Below, piece by piece: positions 1 through 9,854 of a stretch of DNA of 64,000 bases. The stretch lies in contig CAVSTP010000003.1 in assembly GCA_963730935.1 (NCBI GenBank), positions 512,001 through 576,000 on the forward strand, read 5' to 3'. A program made the translations under genes and the position numbers. Source of the stretch: an uncultured Nitrospiraceae bacterium. Lineage in GTDB: Bacteria > Nitrospirota > Nitrospiria > Nitrospirales > Nitrospiraceae. The notes below the pieces were generated by a model. It worked only from the letters and a program-made list of their open reading frames with translations, did no database searches and was not told where the DNA came from. Every line of letters begins with the position of its first letter. The first letter of the stretch is position 1.

Positions 1-138
1 CGAAGTTACTTAAATGTGGGCATCGGGTGCACGGGAGGCCGCCACCGGTCGGTGGTGATTGCCAAACGATTACAAGAGAGCTTTGCTGCTGTCGGACACC
101 ACGTCACCCTGTCTCACCGCGATCTCACTAAACAATAG
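1..138 (+). CDS. rapZ: RNase adapter RapZ (YvcJ family), C-terminal fragment, 5' truncated by window
   Basis: Frame 1 reads [24 protein letters not shown]...HRDLTKQ*, containing the IGCTGGxHRSV and HRD motifs of the RapZ C-terminus. Confidence 0.9.
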   Translation, partial: RSYLNVGIGCTGGRHRSVVIAKRLQESFAAVGHHVTLSHRDLTKQ

Positions 139-218
139 TCACCAACGTTCCATGGGCGGGTGCCGCTGCGTCCTCCCTGGCCCTATCCTGACCGGCCTGT
201 GAGCTGTGTGCCCTTTTC

Positions 219-246
219 TTGACAGGGAGGGGACACGAACTATACT
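219..246 (+). promoter_or_regulatory. Putative sigma70 promoter of pilMNOPQ
   Basis: TTGACA (219-224), 16 nt spacer, TATACT (241-246). Confidence 0.65.
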
Positions 247-386
247 TAGGGTGCATCGCGAAATCGCTGTATTGAAGCTGCGTTTAGCGTTTCGTGCACC
301 GGCGGGCGGGCAAGCGGGAGCCGAATGTTAGAAAAACATAAAATGATTTGCGCTGGAAAGGAAGTCATGTACAGTCTGAGGCACGT

Positions 387-1496
387 ATGCTGAATTCGCT
401 AAAAAGCCTCGTCGATACAGATATTTTGTCGCTGCTGACTCCGAAGCGGCAGTTGGTCGGGCTGGATATTGGATCCAGCGGGATCAAGCTTGTCCAGCTG
501 AAGGAAAACCGTGGCCGGTACATTCTACAGAAGTTCGGATTCAAGCCACTCGAGCCCGAGGTGATCGTCGACGGTACGGTGATGGACGAAGGCCGCGTCG
601 TGACGGCCATCAAAGAACTGTTCGATGAGTTGAACGTCAAGGTCAAGCAGGTGGCGGTGTCGATTTCAGGCCACGCGGTGATTATCAAGAAAATCAGCCT
701 TCCCCCCATGCCCGACGATGAGTTGGAGGGCCAAGTCAAGTTGGCTGCCGAGCAGTACATTCCCTTCGATATCAATGAAGTGAACATCGATTTTCATGTG
801 CTGCCTCCGGCGGAAGGCGAGGCTTCTGAGGGCGAAATGTCGGTCATCCTTGTCGCGGCGAAAAAGGACAAGATCAACGAGTTGACGGAACTCGTGAAGG
901 GCGCAGGGCTCATGCCGATGGTCATGGATGTGGACGCCTTCGCGATCGAAAACATGCATGCGATCAACTATCCGATGTCCCAGGACGAAACGACGGCCCT
1001 CGTCAATGTCGGCGCGAGCGTGATGAACATCAATATCGTGTCCAAGGGTACGTCGCTGTTTACCCGCGATATCCCCATCGGCGGCAACCGTTATACGGAA
1101 TCCATGCAGCGTGAGTTAGGACTGTCGTACGAGGACGCGGAAGCGCTCAAGAAGGGCGGGAAGCCGTCCGGCAGTAACCAAGCCGCCGCCGCGCAGGGCG
1201 TGATCGAAAGCGTCAATGCCGAAGTGGCGTCTGAAATCGCCCGGACCATCGATTACTTCAAGTCGACGGTGACCGAAGGCGAAGTCCAGCAAGTGTTGCT
1301 GTGCGGTGGCGGGGCGCAAATCGCCGGCCTCGTAAAACAGCTGAGGGACCGGATGCAGGCGGTCGTAGAGGTTGCCAATCCGTTTGCGGAAGTCGATACA
1401 TCGGGAAGTGATTTCGACCAAGCGGCGCTGGCGGACTTGGCTCCGATGGCGTCGGTGAGCGTCGGATTGGCGCTCAGATCGGTAGGCGATCGATGA
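387..1496 (+). CDS. pilM: Type IV pilus assembly protein PilM
   Basis: Actin-like VGLDIGSSGIKLV, YIPFDINEVNIDF and LLCGGGA motifs; first gene of pilMNOPQ; ATG at 387 chosen over TTG at 348. Confidence 0.93.
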   Translation: MLNSLKSLVDTDILSLLTPKRQLVGLDIGSSGIKLVQLKENRGRYILQKFGFKPLEPEVIVDGTVMDEGRVVTAIKELFDELNVKVKQVAVSISGHAVIIKKISLPPMPDDELEGQVKLAAEQYIPFDINEVNIDFHVLPPAEGEASEGEMSVILVAAKKDKINELTELVKGAGLMPMVMDVDAFAIENMHAINYPMSQDETTALVNVGASVMNINIVSKGTSLFTRDIPIGGNRYTESMQRELGLSYEDAEALKKGGKPSGSNQAAAAQGVIESVNAEVASEIARTIDYFKSTVTEGEVQQVLLCGGGAQIAGLVKQLRDRMQAVVEVANPFAEVDTSGSDFDQAALADLAPMASVSVGLALRSVGDR

Positions 1497-2047
1497 TTCG
1501 CATCAATCTATTATCGTCGGGCCCGAAGGGACGCGCGCCCAAGCCACAATACGACGTGCGGGCACAACTGCTCCTTGGCGTCGGCTTGTTGGCCATCACG
1601 TTGAGTGCTTGCTGGTGGTACTCCGTCTCGCTCGACGATGAGATAGCGTCTCGCCAGACTGAGAAAGCCGATAAAGAGAAGCAGGTCGCCCAATTGAAGG
1701 AGCAGGTGAAGCAAGTCGCCGATTTCGAAGCGCGAAAGAAACAACTGGAAGACAAGAATCGCATCATCGACCAGCTGGAGAAGTCGCGTGTGGGCCCTGT
1801 GAAGGTCATGGATCATGTGAGTCAAAGCCTTGAACCGCTGAAGCTCTGGCTCGTGAGGGTGGGCTTGACGGGACAGAGCATTGACTTAGAGGGTCGCGCC
1901 CTGACCAACGACGACGTGGTCGAGTTCGTGAACAACCTGCGCCGTACGGACTATTTCACCGACATCAATCTCCAGGAAAGTCGGGCTGCGGTCGAGAGCC
2001 AGCTCAGCTTGTTCCAATTCAAGCTAGCGTTCCGCCTGAAAGGATAG
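1493..2047 (+). CDS. pilN: Type IV pilus assembly protein PilN
   Basis: N-terminal RINLL motif, TM helix, coiled coil; ATGA overlap with pilM. Confidence 0.92.
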   Translation: MIRINLLSSGPKGRAPKPQYDVRAQLLLGVGLLAITLSACWWYSVSLDDEIASRQTEKADKEKQVAQLKEQVKQVADFEARKKQLEDKNRIIDQLEKSRVGPVKVMDHVSQSLEPLKLWLVRVGLTGQSIDLEGRALTNDDVVEFVNNLRRTDYFTDINLQESRAAVESQLSLFQFKLAFRLKG

Positions 2048-2052
2048 CGAGC

Positions 2053-2676
2053 ATGAAGCTGCCGGCGATGAATCTCGAAGCCATTCGCACGATTCCGCTC
2101 ATGCAGAAGATCGCCTTTGTGGTGCTCATTCTGGCCGGCATCATCGTCATGTTCTATTACTATGTCGTCGAGCCGAAATCGATGGAAATTGCCACTCTTC
2201 AAGGCGAGGTCGGCAAGCTGGACAACGAAATCCAAACCTTGACCATCAAGGTCAAGCACCTCGATGAACTGATTGCCGCCAACAAGCAGTTGGAAATCGA
2301 ACTGGCGAAGAAAAAAGAGCGACTGCCGCCCGAGGAAGAAGCGGTGATGTTGCTCAAGCAGGTGTCCGATCTCGGCATACGGCTTGGATTGGACATCAAG
2401 CTCTGGAAGCCCGGCACCAAGAGCGAGGACGCGTCCAAGTTGTTCGTGCGGCTACCCGTCAATGTGGAGGTCACCGGGGGATACCACACCGCGGCGTTGT
2501 TTTTCGATCGCATCAACAGCTTGCCCCGGATCGTCACCGTGTCGAACCTGAAAATGGGGATGCCCAAAACCGACAAGGGTCGCGTCGTCACTCAGACGAT
2601 CTTCGATCTCATAGCGTACGCGGCTCCTCAAGATGTGAAAGTCGCCGCCGCGGCGCCTGCAGCAGCGCCCAAGTAG
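2053..2676 (+). CDS. pilO: Type IV pilus assembly protein PilO
   Basis: TM + coiled coil + LPVNVEVTGGYH...FFDRINSLPRIV PilO signature; synteny. Confidence 0.92.
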   Translation: MKLPAMNLEAIRTIPLMQKIAFVVLILAGIIVMFYYYVVEPKSMEIATLQGEVGKLDNEIQTLTIKVKHLDELIAANKQLEIELAKKKERLPPEEEAVMLLKQVSDLGIRLGLDIKLWKPGTKSEDASKLFVRLPVNVEVTGGYHTAALFFDRINSLPRIVTVSNLKMGMPKTDKGRVVTQTIFDLIAYAAPQDVKVAAAAPAAAPK

Positions 2677-2721
2677 AGTGGCCGTGAGCCCAGGAGACAG
2701 GGAGTTTCAGCCAAAGGACGG

Positions 2722-3333
2722 ATGCTCGTGAATCAGATCAGTCACAGACACATGTTTGCGGCGCTGTGCGGATGCGTCCTGGTCGCTGGACTCGCCGGAC
2801 CTGCTGCCAGCGAGCCGGGACTCACGTCCCACTTGCGGCAAGTGGCTCCTTTGCGGCAAGACTCGGTGAGAGTACCCTCGCCAGCCGACCTTCCCAAAGA
2901 GACGCCTCCGGCCTCTTTAGCGTCGGCGCCCGCTCCTATGCCCGGTTCCATGGACACAATGCCTGGCGCTCCTCCGCCGCCGTTTGGCGGATATGATCCG
3001 GCCGGGCGCCGCGACCCGTTTGCACCGGTGCTGAGTCAACTGGCCCCCGGCCAAGCCGATCCGACGCTTCCTCCCTTACAACGAGTCGGGCTGACCGATT
3101 TGAATCTGATTGCCATTATTTGGGGAGCCTACGGCTACACGGCGATGGTTCAGACCCCCGATGGGAACGGGTATACCGTCCGCAAAGGCACTCGGGTCGG
3201 TCCCAACGCCGGTGTGGTGAGCGCGGTGACCGAAAAAGGCATTATCGTGCAGGAGCGATTCACGGACGTCTACGGCAGAAAACAGGAGCGAGAGTACGTC
3301 AAGCTTCTCCATCCGAAAGAGGGCCTAGAATGA
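2722..3333 (+). CDS. pilP: Type IV pilus assembly protein PilP
   Basis: YDPAGRRDPF motif and AMVQTPDGNGYTVRKGTRVGPNAGVV beta domain; synteny. Confidence 0.88.
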   Translation: MLVNQISHRHMFAALCGCVLVAGLAGPAASEPGLTSHLRQVAPLRQDSVRVPSPADLPKETPPASLASAPAPMPGSMDTMPGAPPPPFGGYDPAGRRDPFAPVLSQLAPGQADPTLPPLQRVGLTDLNLIAIIWGAYGYTAMVQTPDGNGYTVRKGTRVGPNAGVVSAVTEKGIIVQERFTDVYGRKQEREYVKLLHPKEGLE

Positions 3334-5273
3334 CACACATACGACATGCCACGACCACGTTCCGGATTCTTTCCGCCTTGGCGGCCTTCAGTCTCTCTCT
3401 CGCGGTCCCCTCCACGGCAGCGACTTTGGAGAGGGGCGCCGATGTGGCGATGACGCAGGCCGGTCTGGCATCTGCCGACGTCCCGACGGTGCCGTCCACG
3501 GTCACCGCGATCGAGGTTCGCAAGGAGGCCGAGCGCCTCAGCGTTACCATCAACGGCGAGGGCATGCTGTCGCATGAGGCCGTCAGGGTCGACGAACGCC
3601 GCCTGGTGATCGATATCCCGCGTGCGTCCTCGGCTCTTCGCCGACCAACGGTCCACGTCGGCCATCGGCTCCTCAAACAGATCCGCATCGGCGACCATGC
3701 CGACAAGGTTCGGCTGGTTTTCGATTTGGGACGCCAGGCGGATTACGTCGTCGAGCCTCGTGGCGCACAGCTGCTCGTGACGGTGAAGGATGCGCCGGCG
3801 AGCAACAGCACGTTGGACAGCCAAGTGGCGGCGATAGCAGAGGCCGATCTTCCCCCGGCTCGAATCGAGAGGGTTCAGGAGGGAGGCAAGGCACGGGCGG
3901 TCGCACATAGAGCGGTGCCGGCCTTTCGCGTCCGTCCCATTCAAATGATGGCCGAGCCGGAAGCGGTCGAGAAGCATACTCCGAAAGAGGATCTCGTGGT
4001 TGGTGAAACCCGCTATGTCGGCCGTCGCATTTCCTTGGACTTTCAGCAAGCCGACATCAGCAACGTTCTGCGGCTCATCGCAGAGGTCAGCGGCTTCAAC
4101 ATCGTGATCGGCGATGGCGTGAAAAGCAAAGTCACGATGAAGCTCGTGAGCGTGCCGTGGGATCAAGCGCTGGACATGATTTTAAAGATGAACGGCTTGG
4201 GCAAGATCAAGCAGGGGAACATCCTCTGGATCGATAGCCTGGCCAACATCGCCAAGCAAGAGGATGAAGAGGCGCGGGCCAAGGACGCCAAGGTCAAGGC
4301 TGAAGATCTGGTCGATCGCGTCTTCTATATCCGCAACCTCCAAGCCACCGAGTTGATGACCGCCCTGCGTCAAAATTTGAGCCCGCGCGGACTCATGCAG
4401 ATCAGCCAGGGCACCAATGCCTTGGTGGTGAGGGACACTGAAACCAAGATGGCGGTGCTCAAACAGCTGATCGAAGGCCTGGATCTCGAGGTGCCGCAGG
4501 TGCAGATTGAAGCGCGCATCGTGCAGGCTGACACGGTGTATGCGCGCGGGTTAGGTGTGCAATGGGGTATCGTGAATTCCGATTTCGGCCCCAATACGTT
4601 TTCGTCGGTGGGAAATCTGACCGGTGCGTTCGCCCCCGTCGCGGGCACGGGCGCCACGGCAATTCCGCGTGATTTTCTCGTCAACCTGCCTGCCCAGGTG
4701 GCCGGTCTTCCCTCTGTGCCTGGCATCGGATACACGTTCGGCAAACTCGCGCCCGGGTTCGCGCTGGATTTACGGCTCTCGGCCGGCGAATTGCTGGGCT
4801 TGGCGAAGGTCATCGCGGCACCGAAGATCACGACCCTGGACAAGCGGGAAGCGAAAATTTCACAGGGTGAATCGATTCCGTTCCAGACCACCTCGCTGCA
4901 GGGTACCCAGACGACGTTCGTCGACGCCAATCTGGAGTTGAACGTGACGCCGCAGATCACGTCGCGTGATCCGAGGGAAATCGGCAAGCAGATCATGATG
5001 CGCGTGCGCGCGACCCGCAATGCCGTCGGTGCAAGAAGCAACCCGGCCGGTCCGAGCATCGATCGCCGCGAAGCGAACACCCAGGTCATCGTGCGCGACG
5101 GCGAAACCATGGTAATCGGCGGAGTCTTCATCGATACACAGAACAACAACGTGCAGGGCGTGCCATATCTCTCGCGGATTCCCGTCCTCGGGTGGTTGTT
5201 CAAGAACAAGTCGGAAAGCGTCTCGAAGCAGGAACTGCTGATCTTCCTGACCCCCTCCATCGTCAAGGCCTAG
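3330..5273 (+). CDS. pilQ: Type IV pilus secretin PilQ
   Basis: Signal peptide, AMIN-like domain, ISLDFQQADI N-domain, secretin C-terminus (VPYLSRIPVLGWLFK...ELLIFLTP); ATG at 3330 overlaps the pilP stop. Confidence 0.94.
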   Translation: MTHIRHATTTFRILSALAAFSLSLAVPSTAATLERGADVAMTQAGLASADVPTVPSTVTAIEVRKEAERLSVTINGEGMLSHEAVRVDERRLVIDIPRASSALRRPTVHVGHRLLKQIRIGDHADKVRLVFDLGRQADYVVEPRGAQLLVTVKDAPASNSTLDSQVAAIAEADLPPARIERVQEGGKARAVAHRAVPAFRVRPIQMMAEPEAVEKHTPKEDLVVGETRYVGRRISLDFQQADISNVLRLIAEVSGFNIVIGDGVKSKVTMKLVSVPWDQALDMILKMNGLGKIKQGNILWIDSLANIAKQEDEEARAKDAKVKAEDLVDRVFYIRNLQATELMTALRQNLSPRGLMQISQGTNALVVRDTETKMAVLKQLIEGLDLEVPQVQIEARIVQADTVYARGLGVQWGIVNSDFGPNTFSSVGNLTGAFAPVAGTGATAIPRDFLVNLPAQVAGLPSVPGIGYTFGKLAPGFALDLRLSAGELLGLAKVIAAPKITTLDKREAKISQGESIPFQTTSLQGTQTTFVDANLELNVTPQITSRDPREIGKQIMMRVRATRNAVGARSNPAGPSIDRREANTQVIVRDGETMVIGGVFIDTQNNNVQGVPYLSRIPVLGWLFKNKSESVSKQELLIFLTPSIVKA

Positions 5274-5279
5274 AGGAAT

Positions 5280-5308
5280 GCCGCAGTCCTCGTTCAGGGG
5301 ACTGCGGC
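5280..5308 (+). terminator. Hairpin after pilQ (no U-tract; stabiliser or weak terminator)
   Basis: GCCGCAGTCCTC-gttca-GGGGACTGCGGC. Confidence 0.4.
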
Positions 5309-5477
5309 CGTTGCTCGCTGGTCGTCCCCGCCAGCACTCAGCCAGTCACCTCTGACCCGTTCCCTCTGAACGATACCTCGCCGCCTGCCGACTGAAAGCT
5401 ATTATCTTTTCATTGGGTTGTGCTACCATCGGCAGGATTTGCCCCAAACTGCTCTGGAACGGACCCTTCCAATAGCC

Positions 5478-6614
5478 ATGACACCGGTGACCGGCCAACG
5501 CATACCCGTTTCCCTCGGAGAGCGGAGCTATGAGATTTTCCTCGAGCCAGGCTCGAGCCGAACGCTCGGCGACCGCCTCAAGGCGCTCATCAACACTGCC
5601 AAAATCGGCATCATCACCGACCGTCATGTGGCGCGCCACTATCTCAAGCCCACCGTCGAGTCGCTGAAGCAGGCCGGACTTGATCCGGTGCCCATTGTCT
5701 TGCCGCCGGGTGAGCGCACGAAGACCCTCGCGACCGTCGCGCGGATCCTCGATGTCCTGGCCACACATCGGTTCGAGCGCCGTTCGGTGCTCCTGGCGCT
5801 GGGCGGCGGCGTCATCGGCGACCTCGCGGGGTTCGCCGCCTCGGTCTACCAGCGAGGCATCCCGTATGTGCAGGTCCCTACGACGCTGGTGGCGCAGGTG
5901 GATTCCAGCGTCGGAGGGAAAACAGGCGTCGACCATCGCCTGGGGAAAAATCTCATCGGCGCGTTCCACCAGCCCAAAGCGGTGATCATCGATCCGTTCA
6001 TGCTCCACACCCTGCCGCGCCGCGAGTGGATCGCAGGTCTTGCGGAGGTGATCAAGTACGGCATCATCGCCGATGAAGCCTTGTTTTCGTTTTTAGAAGC
6101 CTCCATGCCGGACCTGCTGAAATTGGACGCGCAGGCCGTCATGCGGGCTGTTGCCCGGTCCTGCGAAATCAAGGCGGAGGTAGTGACGGCGGACGAGAGG
6201 GAATCTGACCGTCGGCGGATTTTGAACTATGGCCATACGATCGGACATGCGCTGGAATCGCTTGGAGGCTATCGCCGCCTGATTCACGGAGAGGCCGTGG
6301 GCATCGGCTTGGTCGCGGAAGCGGATCTGGCCGTCCATCTGGGATTCTGCGGGAAGGACGTTGCCACGAGGATTCGGCGGCTCGTGCTGGCGGCGGGGCT
6401 GCCTGACCGGCTGCCGCCCAGGACGTCGTTTGGCGCCCTGTGGGGCGCTATGCAACACGATAAGAAGGTCGTGGGCGGCAACGTCGTCGGGGTATGGCCG
6501 GTGCGCATCGGGGACGTCGTGATTCGTCCCTTGGCACAAGAGGCATGCGCCGCGTGGTTTCGAACCCTCGAGGCTCCTTCACAACGGCGCAAGCCGGCCA
6601 TGCGAAAGACCTAG
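5478..6614 (+). CDS. aroB: 3-dehydroquinate synthase
   Basis: ALGGGVIGDLAGF, PTTLVAQVDSSVGGKTG, LNYGHTIGHALE and HGEAV motifs. Confidence 0.96.
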   Translation: MTPVTGQRIPVSLGERSYEIFLEPGSSRTLGDRLKALINTAKIGIITDRHVARHYLKPTVESLKQAGLDPVPIVLPPGERTKTLATVARILDVLATHRFERRSVLLALGGGVIGDLAGFAASVYQRGIPYVQVPTTLVAQVDSSVGGKTGVDHRLGKNLIGAFHQPKAVIIDPFMLHTLPRREWIAGLAEVIKYGIIADEALFSFLEASMPDLLKLDAQAVMRAVARSCEIKAEVVTADERESDRRRILNYGHTIGHALESLGGYRRLIHGEAVGIGLVAEADLAVHLGFCGKDVATRIRRLVLAAGLPDRLPPRTSFGALWGAMQHDKKVVGGNVVGVWPVRIGDVVIRPLAQEACAAWFRTLEAPSQRRKPAMRKT

Positions 6615-6618
6615 CACG

Positions 6619-7884
6619 ATGGCGATCAAACGTCCCCCGTCGCTCGCGCAACTGGAACAGGCGCTGAAGGAAAAGACCCGTGAAGTCGATGTGCTGCATC
6701 GAATCACGGATTCGATCAGCAATACCCTTGATCTGGAAGCCGTTCTCAAGCACATCGTGGAGATCGTCGTTGAAGTGACGAAAGCCGACGCCTGTCTGCT
6801 GTACTTGTTGTCCGACGGCCAAGACGAACTGATCCTCCGCGCCTCCAAAAACCCGCACCCCAAGCTGATCGGACGGATTACGATCGGCATGGGCGAGGGC
6901 ATCACCGGGTGGGTGGCCCAAGAGCGCACGCGCGTCGTCATCCCCAGCAATGCCAGCGACGACCCCAGGTTCAAATTCTTCCACAATCTCCCAGAGGACC
7001 GGCATCAGGCCTTCGTGTCGGTCCCGATCATGGCCAAGAAGGAAGTGGTCGGCGTGATCAATGTGCAGCACAAACGTCCCAAGCGATACCGGCCGGATGA
7101 GCTGGCGTTGCTCTCGACCATCGCCAATCAAGTGGGAGGGGCGATCGAAAACGCGCGGCTGTATGAGCAGATGCGGCGCAAGGCCTTGCAGGTCGAGACC
7201 CTGTCACAGGTATCGGAAACGGTTGCCTCCAGCCGCTTGATCGAAGACGTGCTGCAGCTTCTGGTTACGATGACGGCTCAAGTGATGAATTCAAAGATCT
7301 GCTCGATCATGCTGCTGGACGAGACGACCGGAGATCTCCACATCGAGGCCACCCAGAGCCTGAGCGAACACTACCGGCGAAAGCCGAACCTGAAAATTGG
7401 TCAGAGCGTGAGCGGACGCGCGGTGCAGGAGCGCCGGCCGATCATCGTCGGTGATGTGACGAAGGAGCAGGACTACATGTATCCGGACATGGCGAAGAAA
7501 GAAGGCCTCTGTTCGCTCCTGTCCGTGCCCATGATGGTCCGTGAAAAGGCGGTGGGCGTCATCAACAGCTACACATCGGTGCCTCACGCCTTTACAAGTG
7601 AGGAGGTCAAGCTCCTGCAGGCAATCGCCAATCAAGCCGCGATCGCGATCGAGCACACGAATCTCCTGGAAAAGTCATTCGAAATGCAGGAGGCCTTGGC
7701 GGTTCGCAAATTACTCGAGCGGGCGAAGGGGTATCTGATGCGGGCCAAGAAGCTGACCGAAGAAGAGGCCTTCAAGCTGATTCAACGGCAAAGCATGGAT
7801 CTTCGAAAATCGATGCGGGAGATCGCGGAGGCCGTGCTGCTCGCGGGCGAACTGGAAGAACGGGCGGAAAAGCAACGAGGATAG
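6619..7884 (+). CDS. GAF-GAF-ANTAR domain RNA-binding antitermination regulator
   Basis: Two GAF repeats (GEGITGWVA...SVPIMAKKEVVGVINV; GQSVSGRAV...SVPMMVREKAVGVINS), then ANTAR RKLLERAKGYLMRAKKLTEEEAFKLIQRQSMDLRKSMREIAEAV. Confidence 0.93.
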   Translation: MAIKRPPSLAQLEQALKEKTREVDVLHRITDSISNTLDLEAVLKHIVEIVVEVTKADACLLYLLSDGQDELILRASKNPHPKLIGRITIGMGEGITGWVAQERTRVVIPSNASDDPRFKFFHNLPEDRHQAFVSVPIMAKKEVVGVINVQHKRPKRYRPDELALLSTIANQVGGAIENARLYEQMRRKALQVETLSQVSETVASSRLIEDVLQLLVTMTAQVMNSKICSIMLLDETTGDLHIEATQSLSEHYRRKPNLKIGQSVSGRAVQERRPIIVGDVTKEQDYMYPDMAKKEGLCSLLSVPMMVREKAVGVINSYTSVPHAFTSEEVKLLQAIANQAAIAIEHTNLLEKSFEMQEALAVRKLLERAKGYLMRAKKLTEEEAFKLIQRQSMDLRKSMREIAEAVLLAGELEERAEKQRG

Positions 7885-7885
7885 G

Positions 7886-8779
7886 CTACCGTTGAGGGAC
7901 GGTGTGTTGGGGCTGTGAGCGGGCGCGTTCGGCTTGTTGCTCTGCGAGCTGCTTTTTGATCTCCTGTAATTCCTTCCGCAGTGCTTCGATCTCAGCATCC
8001 TTTCGAACCGGTTCAGCGGTCCCTCCATTCGTTGCTTGAGGTGGAGCCGGCGCGGGGGACGACTTCGTCGAGGCAGGGACGCTGGAGGCCTCCGGCAACA
8101 TCGCCAGCAATTCCCAGTCAATCACCAGCGTGTGGCCGGTCGAGCGGGCACCCAGGTAGCTCTCGGGCCGTTTTGCGGCTTCGGGCAGAAACGACACTGT
8201 GCGGTTCGCTAATCCCGTCGCATCCGAGATCTTGCGGTTGGCCATGTTGATGGTTGTTGTTGGTTCCTCTCTCGAGCGATATCGGGTCAATGTGATATAG
8301 AGGGAACGACCATAGGCATACAGGGCGCCGTTCGTGGATTCACGCGGGTGAAAACTCATGAGCGGCTCGGAGCCGACGTCCGCACCGGTGTGTTCCGAGA
8401 GCCCGGGTTGCCCCACCTGCCTTACCGCAAATTCAACCTGTTGATCCGATGCCGCGCGCCTGAGACTTTCGGTGATGAGCGGCGCAAGGTAGCCGACTTC
8501 ACTCCCTGAAAACGCTCGACGGGCGTCCGCGGTTCCGACGCGATTCTGCACCGCCCCCTGATTGTCGTGAATCACGATGCCGCTCAAGGCGAGCGCGATC
8601 GTGCTCGGATCGATTTTGATCGGATGTGCGGCTTGAAATGAGCGTTCCGAGATCCGTTTCAGATAGACCGCCCCTTGAGGGGAATCGTCGATCTTGATAT
8701 CGAGCTCAGGTCCGGTAGAGCAGGCAGGAAATAGGAGTGCGACGAAGAGCGCGCTGGTTATATGACGTCGGGCCGGCAT
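7886..8779 (-). CDS. Hypothetical lipoprotein, paralog 1
   Basis: Lipobox-like LLFPAC; C-terminal coiled coil; clear similarity to the adjacent ORF. Confidence 0.7.
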   Translation of the reverse strand: MPARRHITSALFVALLFPACSTGPELDIKIDDSPQGAVYLKRISERSFQAAHPIKIDPSTIALALSGIVIHDNQGAVQNRVGTADARRAFSGSEVGYLAPLITESLRRAASDQQVEFAVRQVGQPGLSEHTGADVGSEPLMSFHPRESTNGALYAYGRSLYITLTRYRSREEPTTTINMANRKISDATGLANRTVSFLPEAAKRPESYLGARSTGHTLVIDWELLAMLPEASSVPASTKSSPAPAPPQATNGGTAEPVRKDAEIEALRKELQEIKKQLAEQQAERARSQPQHTVPQR

Positions 8780-8812
8780 GGCATCACTCGAGAGAGATAC
8801 TCTCCGCACGCA

Positions 8813-9754
8813 TCAGGGTGCTTTGCCGGACGGTTTTCCCATGTCCCGCCGGATATCTTCCATTTCCTTCTTCAGATTCTCGATTTCGACATCTTTCTTT
8901 TTCATCTCTTCCCGAATCTGCTTGAAGTCCTGGTCCTTGGCGTCCGGAGGGACGTTCGAGTCTGACGGGCGTTTCCCGGTGGCAGCAGCCGGCGGTTCTC
9001 CAATGGCCGGAAGTTGAGCCAACTGTCGATAGTCGATGACGAAGACGGTGTCCGGAGTGCTGCTGAACAGTCCGGCCTTCCCGTTGGACTTCAACGCTTC
9101 TTTCGGCTCAAACACCAATTCTTTGTCCGCTTGACCGGTTGAATCGGGCAACCGCCGGTTGGCCATGTTGATGGTGTCCGGTTGTTCAGCCCGTTTCCCG
9201 AACTCGCTCACGGTCAGATAGAGCCACTGGTCTTGGGCCAACAGATGTCCCGAGGTCGTTTCGAGCAGCGTCGCATTGGTGAGGAGAGGATCGGACGATC
9301 CCACGCCTGCCCCGCTCTTGCTCGCGTAGGAAAGCTCTGGCGGATACTTGTGCACTTGAAACCCGACCTGCTGATCCGGGGCTGCCTGACGGAGCGCCGC
9401 GGCCAGGAAGGGAGCCAGAAAGCGGATATCGTCCTCGGAGAATGCCCGGGTCATGGACGACGGCTTTGAAAACGCCGTTTGAAGGGCAGTTTTCCGCTCC
9501 GTGACCCTGACGCCGCTCAGTGCGCGAGCGATGACCCCTTCCTCGATCGCAATCGGGTGGGCCGCCTTGAACCCGCGGTCCGGAATACGCTCGAGATACA
9601 CCGATCCCCTGGGCGCTTCGTGCACCGACGGTATCCACTTCAGGCGCATGGGCACATCCGTTGATCAGCGCGAGACTCGGCGGCGATCAGTCGAAAGACA
9701 TCGCCGCAGACGTATTGTGGTCCTGTGCGTAGCTCGGTAGACGATGGGAGGCAT
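8813..9754 (-). pseudogene. Hypothetical lipoprotein, paralog 2, with frameshifted signal-peptide region (body 8813-9655 intact)
   Basis: Shares YL.RI..R.F.AAHPI and TINMANR..D.TG.A motifs with paralog 1; lipobox LALINGC lies in another frame; ATG 9754 is in frame with the body but cut by TGA at 9667-9665. Confidence 0.55.
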
Positions 9755-9800
9755 AGTTCGCCGCGAGTGTAGCATAGGGTCTGGTGTCCAGGAAAATGCC

Positions 9801-9829
9801 TTGACAATCTCCAAGCAGGGTCTTATAAG
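9801..9829 (+). promoter_or_regulatory. sigma70 promoter of porin-urtABCDE
   Basis: TTGACA (9801-9806), 17 nt spacer, TATAAG (9824-9829). Confidence 0.75.
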
Positions 9830-9854
9830 CGTGCCTCACGTACCGACAGAGAGA

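Noticed and set aside
3120..3329. Longer PilQ start in the ORF track
   Set aside because: Overlaps pilP; ATG 3330 gives a signal peptide and an ATGA coupling
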